DNA from: Vermamoeba vermiformis
Taxonomy: Eukaryota
DNA: 64,000 nt
Reading direction: 5' to 3'
NCBI GenBank assembly: GCA_045837725.1
Contig: JBEWZL010000076.1
Location: 248,001-312,000 of the forward strand
In this document: positions 15,939 to 29,248 of the stretch, one piece after another
Position numbering within the stretch: position 1 is the stretch's first letter
Layout of the letters: each line of letters opens with the position of its first letter
The notes under the pieces: generated by a model
What the model was told of the DNA's origin: nothing
Databases searched by the model: none
What the model saw: only the letters and a program-made list of their open reading frames with translations
Position numbers and translations under genes: made by a program

Positions 15939-17996
15939 TTATTTATCGTAGAATTGGATGTGAGACAATATCAGCACCTTTGTATTATGCTTCTTGATCG
16001 ACACGACTTGTTTGGTGTGTTTGTTGTAACAAAGCACTTGCGACACTTCGCGCTGATTGTGAAGATCAAGCACGTGACTGTCACTCACATCGACCACTTT
16101 AATACCTTTGGGATCGAGACTGATCAGGTATTCGTCGAACACTAAAGGATTTTCACCTAACGGCACCCACAGGGGCTCTTTCGTTTCTGAAATAACAAAG
16201 AATTAGGTCATAAAGGAGAAATATAATTCTATATTTTTGATATTGCGTACCATTAGTAGTGTTGTTTTCATCGGGCGAAGTAATGGTTACTGAACGAACG
16301 ACAGGCAAGCCATGATTGTCCATACTGCTCGTTGAATCGCCCCAAATAGCGATAGTATTGTTATCTAGCCAGCACATTGGATAGTCCCAGTCATAGCCTT
16401 CGGTAATTCTTTTTCCTTTCTGTTCACGTTACAAAAATTAATTCTGCGAATTTGGTGGACTTATTTTTTTTGTGATTACCTCCATGGCGTAAAGATTAGG
16501 CTCAGTGCCTTGCATCCAGTCTTCAATAGAGAAATTCAAACACGTTCCAATAGGATGCCAGACCCATCCGAAAGTACAAAGATTTTTCTGATCCGGCGAT
16601 ACGTACAACTTGCACCAGAAAAACTCCAAATGATGGTTTGTTACTACAAATATTCATTAGAATTCTAAAGCATTGCGTCATTCAAAAAATTACATACGAT
16701 CTCGTTCTCTCAAACTTTCGCCGGTCTCGGGATCGTACAGATCGACCTTGTTCCAGGCTTTACCAGCGATCAAATATTCTTTGTTCTCGTACGTAAAGAA
16801 CGCCACGGGGAATGAACAGTGAGAGACTTGATAGGCGCCTCGCTATTAGGAAAAAGAAGTTAGGTCAAGATCCAAACCAAAGTCGACAAAAATAGTAATG
16901 GTGAATTGTACTTACTAAAAGTTCAAATGAAGTTGCTTTAGTCTCCAAATTAAAAACGAATCCTTGCGTTCCTTTCTCAGCATAAGCAGCGACGAACTTT
17001 CCATCGTTCGAGACTTGCAATGCATCGCCAGTACATTCAGCCAAATCCTCTTGTTCCACTTTATCGCCGTCAATTTTTAACAGCACTAATTTGTTTACTG
17101 GCTGAGATTCTATTTAGAACAAAAAATTAGCTTTTGCCAAAAGCGGAAAGTGACTCCTGGTCACAAGAGATCAAAATTGAAATTTTAATGCTTAATATAC
17201 TGCCTATATACTTACTAGTGATAGCGACAAGGTTGCGGCTATTAGGAATCGGTTTAGCGACCAAGATCTCTTCAGGAAGTTCGAGTTCTTTGTGGATCCA
17301 AATTCCGTTGCCCCATTTTCGCTTAGATTCCGGCGAGCCTCTTCTATGCGTAAAATCAACGCTGTTTTTGAGTGCTTCATGGCATTCCTTGCAAATTAAC
17401 GGAAATTGCAAGTACTCTTTTGTTGGGATCTTCTCGTGACAGTTGCACTGGTCCAATTTAATAATAAATTCGTACTTATTTCCCGTGTAGTATAATGCGT
17501 GCTCGTTGGCGGTGCTTAAGTCGATAGGAAGCAAACAAGGGCAAACTCGGACGGCAGTGTTACCATCTGCTTCTGGATGAGGACATTTAATTGCTAAAAT
17601 ATGAAATTAGATATGCGTACAATATATTATAAATATACCAATTAATTTGAAGTAAAATAACGGTCGATGCAGAAAAAATCAATTTAATGTTGAAATAAAA
17701 AATTCGCTCTTTCTTTTTTACGCACGTTGCTTACTTTTAAATGAGGCCAAGGTATCGAAGAATTTTTTAAAATAATCTGTGGTATCACTAATATCAACAA
17801 ACGGCAGTTCATTTTGAAGGACTGATTTCCAAAGGCTGTTCTTCGTGAATAATGCTCTCCAAGCCTTATTAACCTTGCATATTGATAGGCTTTGTAGATC
17901 ATCCCACGTCAATTTTGGAAATACTTCTTTGAACAGAATATCTTCGATCTCGTTGGGCAGATGCGACCACGGATTTGTTTCCTCGTTCTTTTCCAT
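15939..17996 (-). CDS. F-box protein family copy C
   Basis: MEKNEETNPWSHLPNEIEDILF..ICKVNKAWRAL; same exon structure and motifs as copy B. Confidence 0.8.
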
Positions 17997-18336
17997 CGTG
18001 TTCTTCGTTCTTGTCAGATTTATCGATTGAAAGTAAATAAAATCCAACCATATTTATAGCAATTCTGGTCACAAGTGACTCATCATCGTAAAATGACAAG
18101 AACCAAGAACGAGATAAAAGTGACATGTTACTTTGAACTCTCAACGAACGCTTGCCGAAATCTAGCAACAGACTTGTCGTTATATTTAGTGATGTTAATT
18201 GAACGCTGCAAGATTTAACGTAGCAAAATTATGGCCGAAAGATGTACATCCGGTAGCAAACAGGTCAATGAATTGTATTTTGAGTGTGAACGATTTTATT
18301 ATTATAGGAACGATAGATAGATAATATTACTCATGA

Positions 18337-20759
18337 TTACTCGACAAAAGTAACGGTGTCAATGCGTCCAACGGCTTGGATGCGTTGTTGTGCGACGAAC
18401 AAGATCGCTTCAACCGGGTTCTTTTTGTTGACGCTCTTTTGGGCCTTGTTTTGCTTCATTCCAAACATGTACATCGGATCTATTGGCACGCACAAAACTA
18501 GCGCGGAATCACCTGAAAAATTCATAGTTAGTAAGGGTTAGGGATTAAATTTTCATGAAAAAAAACTAACCTTGAGACATGGAGGTACGAGTAACTTGAT
18601 TTTTAGACTTGTCACGGATTTCAATAATTTTCTCGATTTTGATCGATAAATAACCGCAAAGGTAAACCGCTTTGTAGACACGACCTTCACGCATGACACC
18701 AGTCTTTGCTGTCGGCTACAGAAACGACTCGTTAGTTACTCAGTTAAGGAATAAGATGTAATAATGTATATCTATAAACTCTATATAAACTTCTCGGTAT
18801 TGAAGATCCGGATGTGGATCAAGCGGACTGTCAGAGAGACACTTACGAGAGCGAGTGCTGCCACAAAAGATTTGACTTGTTTAGGCGCACGATCTTTTTC
18901 TACGAGCAACACGCCAAAGTGGCTCAATCGCTGGATCTGGTAATAGGTATTTGCGACCTTGTACATTTCAGAGTACTTCCCCATAGGAATTTTGTTGAAT
19001 TCAATGCCGATAATGTCCCACGGATTCGCTTCTTTAATCTCTTTGTTCTTGGTCTCAATGCGCTTTACTTTCAGCTCCACACTGTCGTTAAATGCTGGCG
19101 ACATCAATTTCAATGTCATTCCTGGCTTCAATCGGCCACCTACACGCACGCAAAAATTAAAATCAATGCAAATAAATTAAATATTTAGTAAATAGTACTA
19201 ATCTCAAAATAAGCGTATTTTAATATATAAAGTATGAATTTCTATAGTTAATAACAATACGTACTAGTGACAATGCCCGTGTGAATGCCAAACGTTCCCT
19301 TGTTCTGTTGAAACACGCGGCACAACGGCATCACGAACGGCATTGGAACGCGTTCGTCGTTGTACTCGAGCTTCTCCCAAATTGAGTGCACTGCACGGAA
19401 CAACGTAGGTCCATTATACCTATAAAATCTTTTTAGCACCTGCTCACTTTTGACGAGTCCATTGTTTGATTGATGCTTTGGATCCGGCTTGGAAACACGT
19501 ACCAAGCGTTGTATGCCTCGACACCAGTATGCGGTGAATAGATGTTGTATCCAGACAAGGCATTGATGGGAATCAACTTAATGTTCGGCAACAGCTTGTC
19601 GGGCACTGATTTGACCAGCTTGGTGCCAATCAATTTTTTGTCTTCCTCGAACGCTACAGATCAAAGATTAGGCTTTTAATAAATGAAACATGCATATAAA
19701 ATAGATGAAGATTTGATACTAGAAACGTTTTTTTGCTTTGCGGCACAAAAACGTCGGATGCAGATCTAAATTTACAATTTCCTTATGGCAAGTAGATCCA
19801 TCTATCTATTTGTAATTTTACTTACTAGCTTGAGTGAACTCAGAAGGCGTGTAATTGATGGCAATAATGAAGTGCGAGTGCGTCAATGACGTCAACACTG
19901 CAGTAACTCCGTTCACGAGCCACTCGAACTTGGCATCTTGCGACTTGGAAAACATGAGGATAGCCGTATTTACCTATTTAAGTAACAATGAATAATTGTG
20001 TTCGCATAGAACAGTACAAAATCTTTTTGATCTGAAAAACCATTGCGTAAGTGATGAATTGCGTCAAAAATATCAGTAGTCAATAGGCGGAAATATAATC
20101 ATAATGATAGAGTCGTACCGTGCTGCAAATTCGATAAGCTGAGAGCAAGCGGCGGCTGCATCCAGGGGTGTCCAAGAAGGTCAAGCTGTGAATGTTGGTA
20201 GTTACGTAGAGCGAATGAATATGTGGTGTATGAGTTCTATGTCCATAATCGTTATTAATGAAGTTGTTGTAGTGGAGGTTGGGCGGCAACTCCGGATGTT
20301 TCTTTACAAAGTTTTGGAATTTGTGTTCGATGTTTTCTTTGTTAGATTGTAGCAATAAATGAGCTAGCGCGGTAGATTTTCCTAAAAATAAACGTTATAT
20401 TAATTGTAGATTATTTTGAATCGAATTTAAAAACTAATCTGCCAGTGAGACTTTGTACACTAACAAATCGTTCTGATAAATTTCTCAAAAATTACGATCA
20501 AGGCAATTAATATTATTAAATACTTACCGACATCAGGAGAACCAATTACAGCGATATTTAAATTTTTGCCCATCCACGAAACGTGGTGGTTAAAATAATC
20601 GAGCATAACGCTTTGGAAGTGCTTCGACAATGTGCCAATAAGTCCAATATATCGAGATGCCTTCAAATACTCGAAAATTTGGTACCACATTTCTAACGGC
20701 AGGTATTGCCAGAGAGTCTCTGGTGAAGGAACCATTACTTCCAAGCCATTTTTCTCCAT
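18337..20759 (-). CDS. F-box fused to a degenerate EF1A/eRF3/HBS1-like translational GTPase (domains I-III)
   Basis: F-box LWQYLPLEMWYQIFEYL..LSKHF; LNIAVIGSPDVGKST; FLDTPG; LIPINALSGYNI; GPTLFRAV; PFVMPLCRVF..GRLKPGM; GDSALVLCVPIDPM..QAVGRI. Confidence 0.8.
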
Positions 20760-20913
20760 TTTTATAAAATAGTACTGCTACTAAACCGCTAGTGATGAGT
20801 ACTAATAAACTAAAAAGACCAGCTGAGCGCTAAATTTATCTCCAGCGGAATCTCGCAGCGGCTGTTCGGTCAACATTTAGTCAACGCACGTCTAGAGTAC
20901 TTAAAAATGAGTT

Positions 20914-22766
20914 TTATTCGCGTTTTTTAGGCTCGTATTGCTTCTTTCCTTTCTTCTTTGGCGGTTTATTGTCTTTCTCTTCGTTGCCAAAAGTCTTATG
21001 AATGTTGGGCTTAGGACTGGATGCTGTTTTCGGACCAAAGTTGTAAGAACCAGCCTCTCGAGGAGCTTGAGCGTTGTTATTATTTTCTATTGATATATTT
21101 CCATTAGTCTATATACAATAAATACTAATATCGGATCACGTACTGAATTTGTCCTCTTTGTTCTTAACCGCAGCTGCTTCTAACAACAACTGTCGTCCAA
21201 GGCAATCAACGCGGTTCATTTGTAAAGCATTTGATAATCCAGAAGGATCAGCGAAGTCGACAAAGCCAAATCTATCAAAAATACTTAGATCCAGTACACG
21301 TACCACTCTTGCAAGTCTACGCGCTTATTAAGCTCGTTTATAATATGGCGTAACATAAAAGGGTATATCGCGGGAATTTAGTACGTACCCAGTTGGTTTT
21401 CCAGTGTCAGGGAATGTCGGCAAGCGAACAGTCGCGATCTCACCACATTCGCCAAAAATCTCTCGTAAGTGCAACTCTGTTGTTTTGAAGCTCAAATTCT
21501 TAACGAATAGACTGTTTGATGAAACAGGGCCTTAAAAAGAGAAAGAGCGTCAGCTAAGACCTTCCACACGATTTTTCAAAACTGGGCGAGATCGGATGGA
21601 TGTACTACTTGAACTTGTAAGAACTAACTAACGTACCCTTATTGCCACCACTATTGTTCTTGTTGCTTGCTGGTGCGTTCTTATCTCCAGCAAATCGTAG
21701 CTTAATCTTTCGGCCTAAGAAGGTCTGTCCTTGTTTCTTGAGACCTTTCTTCGCACCTTCCATAGTCTTAAATTCCAAGAAAACTACTTGCGAGTCGCGG
21801 ATTTGACCTTGCGTCAGGAATCGAACATCACTAAATAGAGATACAAGTTAGAACATCCGCGAACAAAAAATTTAGTATTTTGTAAGCGGACAAACGTCGT
21901 CTAAAATAGGATATTATGGATTATGAGTAGCGGCAAAATTTCAGGTTTACTTACTTGATCTTGCCGCAGTCCTTGAAATAATCGATAATTTTAGTTTTGT
22001 TGGCTTCTAACGAGACATTTCCCATCCATAATGTCTTTTGTTCTTTGGTATAAGCATTTTCTACGATAATATTAGTATTATTAGCAAAACCACGCCAATC
22101 AAACCCAATAGAAATCCGATCGTAACACTTACCGTCTTCGTGTTCAGCCTCTGGCTCTTCCTCTTCCTCAATTTTACTGTTTTTTCCTTTTTTGGGAGCA
22201 TCGTTATATTCAAATTCTTCACGATCGTCGTCTCCGATGGAAACTTGATCATCCGAATCCACGTCGATCTCATCCAAGTTCAAATCGTCCAGATTATCAA
22301 CATCTTCATCGCCTACTACGGGAACGCCAGAAAGAATGTTGCGAATTTCGTTGCGCAACTGTTCAACTGATACTTTCTTCGGGTCGCCTGCTCGATCAGA
22401 TTAGCTCGCCGTGACCCGCAATGAATTTTTATTTTTTATAGCCAATATGATCTTTGTATTATTGATTTTCATAAGGAGACTATTAGAGATGCTAATATAA
22501 TTTTTGAATTAATTTTAAAATTGCGATCGGATCGCGTTACCTGATCCAGTCTTCTGTTTCTTGTTTTTCGTATTTAAATCTTCACCACTATTTTTTCTTT
22601 TCTTATTATTCGTGTTTTGGTTCTGATCTGCTTTCCTCTTCGCCTCTCTTTCTTTCGCTTTCTCAGCCTTGCGTTTTTCTTTCTCTTCTTGTTTCTTCTC
22701 AGCGATTTTATCTTTTTTCTTTTGCACGCTCTTCTCGAATAACGAGCCGAATAGATCGTCAGACAT
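20914..22766 (-). CDS. Nucleolar-type RNA-binding protein with two RRMs (NOP12/RBM34 or nucleolin-like)
   Basis: Lys/Glu-rich and acidic N-terminus. RRM1 TLWMGNVS..YFKDCGKI..VVFLEF. RRM2 SLFVKNLSFKTTELHLREIFGECGEIATVRLP..GFGFVDF. Confidence 0.8.
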
Positions 22767-23161
22767 GGCTGTTGTTGCGTTTATTAACAAAATTAATTAG
22801 TACTGAAACCAACACAAAAAACTAGCTCTAGAACCCGTTTGTATCTAGCTTGGTAATGATAGATAGAGCATACGCAAATTTAATGAGGATAAGGTTTTAG
22901 CGGTGGGCCTCAGAACTGTGGTCGGCTTTGGATTTGATTTTTTTTTGACCGTTACATGAGCACAACACGGGAGAAAGTTCTAAAAATGCAACGATATCAA
23001 CTTGTTTATCTATATTTCGGAAAAATTCCGAGTTAGAGGACTAGGCAAGAAGATTCTGCATTTTTTCGCTGCACGAACCAACAATTAATTGCCGCGAGCA
23101 AGATCTCAGTTCATTTTTAATATTTCATCGAAGCTATCATGTAAATATTGTGTTATACTTG

Positions 23162-24922
23162 ATGGCGAGCAAACCTCAATCGTGGAAAGATTTAACAAGG
23201 CACCAAGCTCCTAAATCTGTCTCCATATCGCACGCAAGTTGGTAAGACTTTCCCCATAATTACTCATTTTTTTTAATTTATTGCTAGCCTAGATAGCAAT
23301 TAAAGTCCTATGCTTTGAGATTGCGTTTTGAAAATTTTACCAAGCCACCTAATAGCACTAATTCCATTTAATTATAGGACAGTATTAGGGGATTCATTTT
23401 CAAACTACGAGCCCGTCTTGCCTTCGATCTATGACTTGCCATTAGATGCAGAATCGCAATTCGATACTTTACGCGGCGAATTTACGTGCGACAAGCACTA
23501 TTTTCTGCTTATTAGCGTCCAGAGATTAAGCGCTGCTTATAGTGAAGCTAATCAGAAGATTTTTCTGGAATTCAAAAACGAATCTATCGATAAAAATTAC
23601 ACCGATAGATGCGACATCAGCGAGTATTTTGGCGACTATGGTCATTGCCTAAGAGAAGAAAATAACAAGTTTGATATTATGAACCATGAAGAGTACACCA
23701 TGACGAAGAATTTTGTTACAAAAGTGATGCAGCACGATCGGATCCCGCAAAGAAGGCCCAAAATAGCGCTAGGCAAATTACGCTTATTAGTACCACGTGC
23801 AAATAATAAGAACCGAATAACAAGGTGCCAATGGCGCGAGTTCAACCGGCCCAAAGGAATTTTTACTCGTTTCGATTACTTTCGCGAATTTTGCGCAGAA
23901 CGACAACGCGAATATGAAGAGGCTAAAGCGAAAAATGAAGAAATGAAGAATAAGGAAGAGTATAATGCTGGTCCTAAGGCATTTGCAACAATGTTCAAAG
24001 TTTTGAAAGGAACGAAGATCAGATTAGTTTTGGAACAAAGCAACAATCAAAAGAATAATACTGCCAACGCCCAAAATGCCGTCAATAATATTAACGACGT
24101 CGTATTATGGAGTTTAGCGGTGGTTCAAGAAGCATTTATTAGCGACAACGACGTCTTAAAGATGAAACTGAAAAAATCATTCGTTATTTATGATCAGCCT
24201 TACTGTTGCTTCAAATGCGGAAAAGTACGTTAATAATCTGTCTTACATTTAGATATAGTATTATTAACCTCTTCGGTTTTAGCGAATTGAAACTGCATCC
24301 GGATTCGTACAGCACTTCAAAACTCATACTGCAGTAAATCCTGCTTTGAATTCGCAGAAAAAAGTTAAAAATATTCCATGCACTGTCAGTGGTTGCACGA
24401 AAAAGTTCTCGAATGAAGAAGGAATGAAAGCACACGTCAAATTTTATCGTCACGCAAAATGTTTGATCTGCAACAAGAGAGTGAAAAACGAATTGGCTTT
24501 GCAAATGCACAACAATGTCAAGCATAGTAGATACGATGATCCGCATTATCATTCGAAAAAGCGCCGTAAGTTCGTCCACAGAATTTTTTTTGTTACCGTG
24601 CCAGATCTCGTTAACGTGGATCAGATTCCTAATTATTTTTTGTTCAGAGTACTACATGTATTATCGAGTAGGCAAGGTCTGTAATATATGCCGCGAACCG
24701 TTCCCACAACCAGATGATAAGCTACGGCATATGAACGATTACAAACACTTCCAATGCCAGATCTGCTGCAAAAGTTTCATGACGGAAGGAAATCTCCAAA
24801 GACACGTCAAGTGCAAACATCCGATTTACTATCAGCAGCACTTGCATGAAGCACCGAATAAGAAAGCTAAGAGATTGGCACACATGACTAAAGCGGATGT
24901 AGATCAAGAAAATTACGATTAA
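23162..24922 (+). CDS. Multi-C2H2 zinc-finger protein with an uncharacterised N-terminal region
   Basis: Spliced CFKCGK..FVQHFKTH, CTVSGCTKKF..H, CLICNKR..HNNVKH, CNICREPF..HMNDYKH and CQICCKSF..HVKCKH. Confidence 0.75.
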
Positions 24923-25301
24923 ATAGATTTTTAGCTCCAAGAACAACAGGGAATATTAGGCCTAGAATAATCGTGGTACAAAAATGCGTCTTGGTTGGAT
25001 CTGGATCTTGTCTCTTGGCCCGAAAAGTAAGTATACTTTTTCTGCAAATACAAATATTTGAAAGGTATACCAATCATATTTACTTTTTCCTTATTGCCAC
25101 AAGTAGTCTATTTTGACAAATTTATCGCATTACGACTTTTTCAGTGAAGGGTTACGTTAATGTGATTCTACCGACCACTATCACTTTTCACGAGTGATTA
25201 CGCAAAGTGATTTTAGCGAGTATCCCGCTCCAAAATCTTACATCGAGTATAATTATTGATTCAGTATGATGTGAACAACACTAGCGAGCAGATCTGAGAA
25301 A

Positions 25302-27213
25302 ATGTTGCGTTATTTGTTGCCACTAATCATGGTATGTTTAGATCAGATCCAAATCAAGACCAATTATCATTTATTTATACTGCTATAGTATACTTATACT
25401 TTATATGTAGGCTATTGGAGTATGTCATTCGCTGAGGCTAATAGAGCCGTTCGAATTGACTTTTAATTCTCCATCTTCCGAATCCAGGGGACCGTTAGTC
25501 TTCAATATTACAGGACAAATAATATTAGCTGATCCTGCAGACGGCTGTTCGCCTATACAAAATACTAACGAAACGCATGGCAAGATCTTGCTGTTGTTCG
25601 ACGGATTCTGCACTCTTGAAAATAAATTGAGATTATCGCAACAGGCCGGTGCCATAGTAAGTATATTTAAAAATATCAAAGCTTAATTAGCCTAATTTAT
25701 GCTTTCCAAAATTAAATATCGAGGTCGATCAGATCCACCGTTTTGATTGGTCAAGTAATTATTTATATTGAAATTTAATGACTATCTTACGCATAATAAT
25801 CGTATAATAGGCCTTGTATTCGGCTTTATTGTACACAAATCTCTAATTTATCTGGCAGGGAGTTATCAACCACGACACGATATCAAATGACGCAGGAGGT
25901 TCATATTATTCGTTCTTCGACTATGATAGAAGCGATATAGTTACACCGCTGGTATTTGTAAATAAGAACGTAAGTGGAGACCAAATCTAAAGTCGCTCCG
26001 GTTTTTTTCTTGATTAACCTCAAATTATAGGACGGCTATACTTTAAGAGAACTCATCGCTAATTCAACGCGAGTAGTGGCTAATATAGTCTCTGGAGGTA
26101 AGTCTAAGCAAAGCATTCTGTTTTGAAATTTCTAAATGCTGATCTGCATCCAGAACGCAATACTTGGAAAGAAGGAAATCAATCCGTTGCTATTGCCGTG
26201 GTAGTGGCTTTACATTGTGCTCTAAATCTAGGCATTTCTGCTTTTGCAGTCTACAAATACGTCTCGTACACGAGGAAAAAGCGAACTGTGATTTCTGTGG
26301 CTCAAGTAACGATGTGGCTGATTATTCTAGCGATGATAGGTATGTACAAATATGATCCATTGCAACTAATCATTTAATTGGTGTCTAGTTGTGCTCGTGT
26401 TCAGAGTGTTAATGCTGGTCTCCGCCAACGGAGTATTTAATATTCCGAGCGTTATCATCTACATAGCGCCGTTCTTCTCCGATACAATGATTCTATGTGC
26501 ATCATTAATTGTTAGTTTCTATTGGTACGTCGCTTACGCTAACTATTTTTCTTCTTGGAAATTTCGCTCAAATTAATTTTTACCTAATTTGTCATTCTGC
26601 AGGTTCGAGTTGACCTCTAAAGTATCAGCAATATCTAGGGCATGGTCTAAAAGGCTATGGATTCCATTTATGATTGGCGTGGGGCTTGCGATTGCAATGA
26701 TCATTTTGATCGTTTTTTGGGCGCAATTCATTCGCACTATTGCAACCTTTATTGTGATCTTAGTCATCTACGCGGTGATTACATTAGGCGTAGCGATAAT
26801 ATGGATCATATTCGGCGCTAGACTGCGAGCCTCACTTCTTGCAGACAATTCAAAAGTAGGCGAGAAAAACAAGAAAAAATTTCGCAAGGTAAAAATAACA
26901 AGATAATTATCATAGTATTATATTAATGCTTATTATGTAGCTTATCGTATGCATTATTTTGAGCGCGTGTCTGCTGATCTGCACGAGGATTTTTACGGCG
27001 TTAATGGGTTTAGCCGGTGCAAGCGTCATTACAAATAGAATCATTTTTGAACCGCTGCAATTTTTCTTCGAATTTAACGCGCTGGTAATATTGCTATTAT
27101 TTACGAATAAGAAGAAAGGCCAAAACTCGTCGCAGGTGGGCAGCTCTCCTAACGCAACAGCTGTGTCTCGGTATACCGAGATGAAATCACCTAGAGACAT
27201 GCAAGTTGAATAA
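25302..27213 (+). CDS. Protease-associated (PA) ectodomain plus seven predicted TM helices (receptor-like)
   Basis: Signal peptide; ADPADGCSPIQN..GKILLL..CTLENKLRLSQQAGAI (PA motif); seven hydrophobic stretches in 26180-27100. Confidence 0.7.
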
Positions 27214-27558
27214 ATGACCTTTGTATTTTAATAATTACTTATCCTTAGTCAGATTTCCGGATGGCGGTTAGGATTTGACACGCAGTCTTTTTCGACCTGG
27301 AGGTTCCTTTGTAGCGTAGAAATTATGAATTATTGCAGTTTGATACTTTCATATTCAAAGATCACTTAAGATTCGCCGTACGGGATTGACGGGTGTGAAT
27401 TTTTCGTTGAAGTAAAGTTTGGAAATAACGTTGGAGCTATTTTTGATATTTTCCGATCGTTTCGACAGATATTTATACGCAAAAACATTTGTGATATCAT
27501 TAATTCAAACCCAACCAACGAGAAACAACAGAACTTCTTACCACATCCAAACAATAAT

Positions 27559-28122
27559 GTGTATCAACAACAACAACCTTATTATGGTGGCGGCGAAGTT
27601 GTCACGACTACCACTGTTATGGAATACGGTGCTCCTAGCATGGGTTGGGGAGCATACGCTGAACCAAGAAAAGTTGCATTGAGAGCTGCAACCGGTCAAT
27701 TCCTTGTAGCTGAGCACAGCACTTTATTCACGCATCATAACGATCATGGAGGCAAGGGCCACTTCCATATTAAGCACTTGCATAGCAACGTAGTGGAGCT
27801 CAAGACTCACCACGGCAAATACGTTGGCCTGTAAGTTTTAATTTTATAGTGAAATTTCGCCGGCTAAATTCAATTTCTTTCGATTCTTTGATATTGATAC
27901 TAATACGTTAATTATAGTAATCATATGGGCCAGCCTTACTTGAGCGATTGGCACCACGATACCGACACTAAGTTCCACATGGAATGGTACGGCAACAGAG
28001 TTGCATTCAAAGTTCACCACGGCATCTATTTATCGGTTGAATTCAACGGCATGGTTGTCGGAGTACCCGGTGGTGCATTTAATTACGGAACTCACGTCTT
28101 TGAAGAACTGCCCGTCTACTAA
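27559..28122 (+). CDS. Histidine-rich fascin/hisactophilin-like beta-trefoil protein
   Basis: KVALRAATGQFLVAEH, VELKTHHGKYVG and RVAFKVHHGIYLSVE repeats; one intron at ~27831-27918; start codon uncertain. Confidence 0.75.
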
Positions 28123-28335
28123 ATCCGTTTTGATCCGCGTCAGGACTTCAAAAAGACAGAAAGGGTCGATACAAATTGTCAATCTTGTTAATACTTCGTG
28201 CTCCTTTCAAATAAATTATTTGTATAGTAACACCGGCTTTGTGCCGAGCGTCTGAAAAAGTTTTTCGATCGACGTTGATTTTAGTTAATTTGTGAGAAAC
28301 CAAAGCATAAGATATATAATATTATATTATATGAA

Positions 28336-29028
28336 ATGAAGCATTTGGTATTAATATTTTTTGCTATAATTTGCTGTGGAGTGGTCTGCGCAGATCCTCA
28401 AAAGCCGAAGATAAGCGACGTCTTCTCAGCAAATTTTATTTGGGCCGAGGCTTCTCCATATTCTCCAGACTCATTTAATGTTTACGCAAACGGCAACATA
28501 TCGTAAGAACCATTTTTTGTAAATTTTTTTGTACCGGATCTGAATTTAATTTTTAAAATAGAATTCGATCGGACTACATCAGCGGTCCGAATGGAGTGGT
28601 TTCTACGACGTATTGGCAATTTTTTGATGAGGTAAACAACAACAATTGAAACGAAAATGTAACGAATCTTGCAGCACAAAGAATACATCGCCGAATACCA
28701 GCCTTACGCATGTTATGGCCACGTTTACCAAGAAACATACCAATCTTTTTGGTTTGCGTTAGCATCAGCTACTTACGTGGGCCAAAAGACGATTCAGAAA
28801 ACGGTTTGCGACTATTGGGAATTCGCATCCGGTATGGTCTACATCCGCCAAAAATTCATTCTAATCGATCTATCAGAAGCTACTAAGGTAGAGTATTGTT
28901 TCGCAAATAACGGAACTCTACCCGTCTATTTCAAGCAAACTTGGCGCAATGCAGATCCGATCAGTTACTACATTAACAATTTTGTTCCTACCGTTGATCC
29001 TGGTGTATTCAAAGTACCTTGTGCTTAA
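28336..29028 (+). CDS. Secreted ependymin-related (EPDR-like) protein
   Basis: Signal peptide, PQKPKISDVFSANF, ATYVGQKTIQKTVCDYW, C-terminal FVPTVDPGVFKVPC*. Confidence 0.6.
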
Positions 29029-29248
29029 ATATGCCTATATGAATAGTATACTTACTAGTAAATAAACAATTTTGAATCACAAGGGGACTGGACTTTGTGG
29101 TCTAGAACTCATTTGGACGCAGAAGTCACGTTCACATTGTTTGGACCGCCATGTCCATACTAAAGATATTTAAGGCGTTGAATAGCGGTCATTTCTTTCA
29201 TCAAGTTCAATCGAACAACACTAAATAACTTACTATTAACTGCTACTC

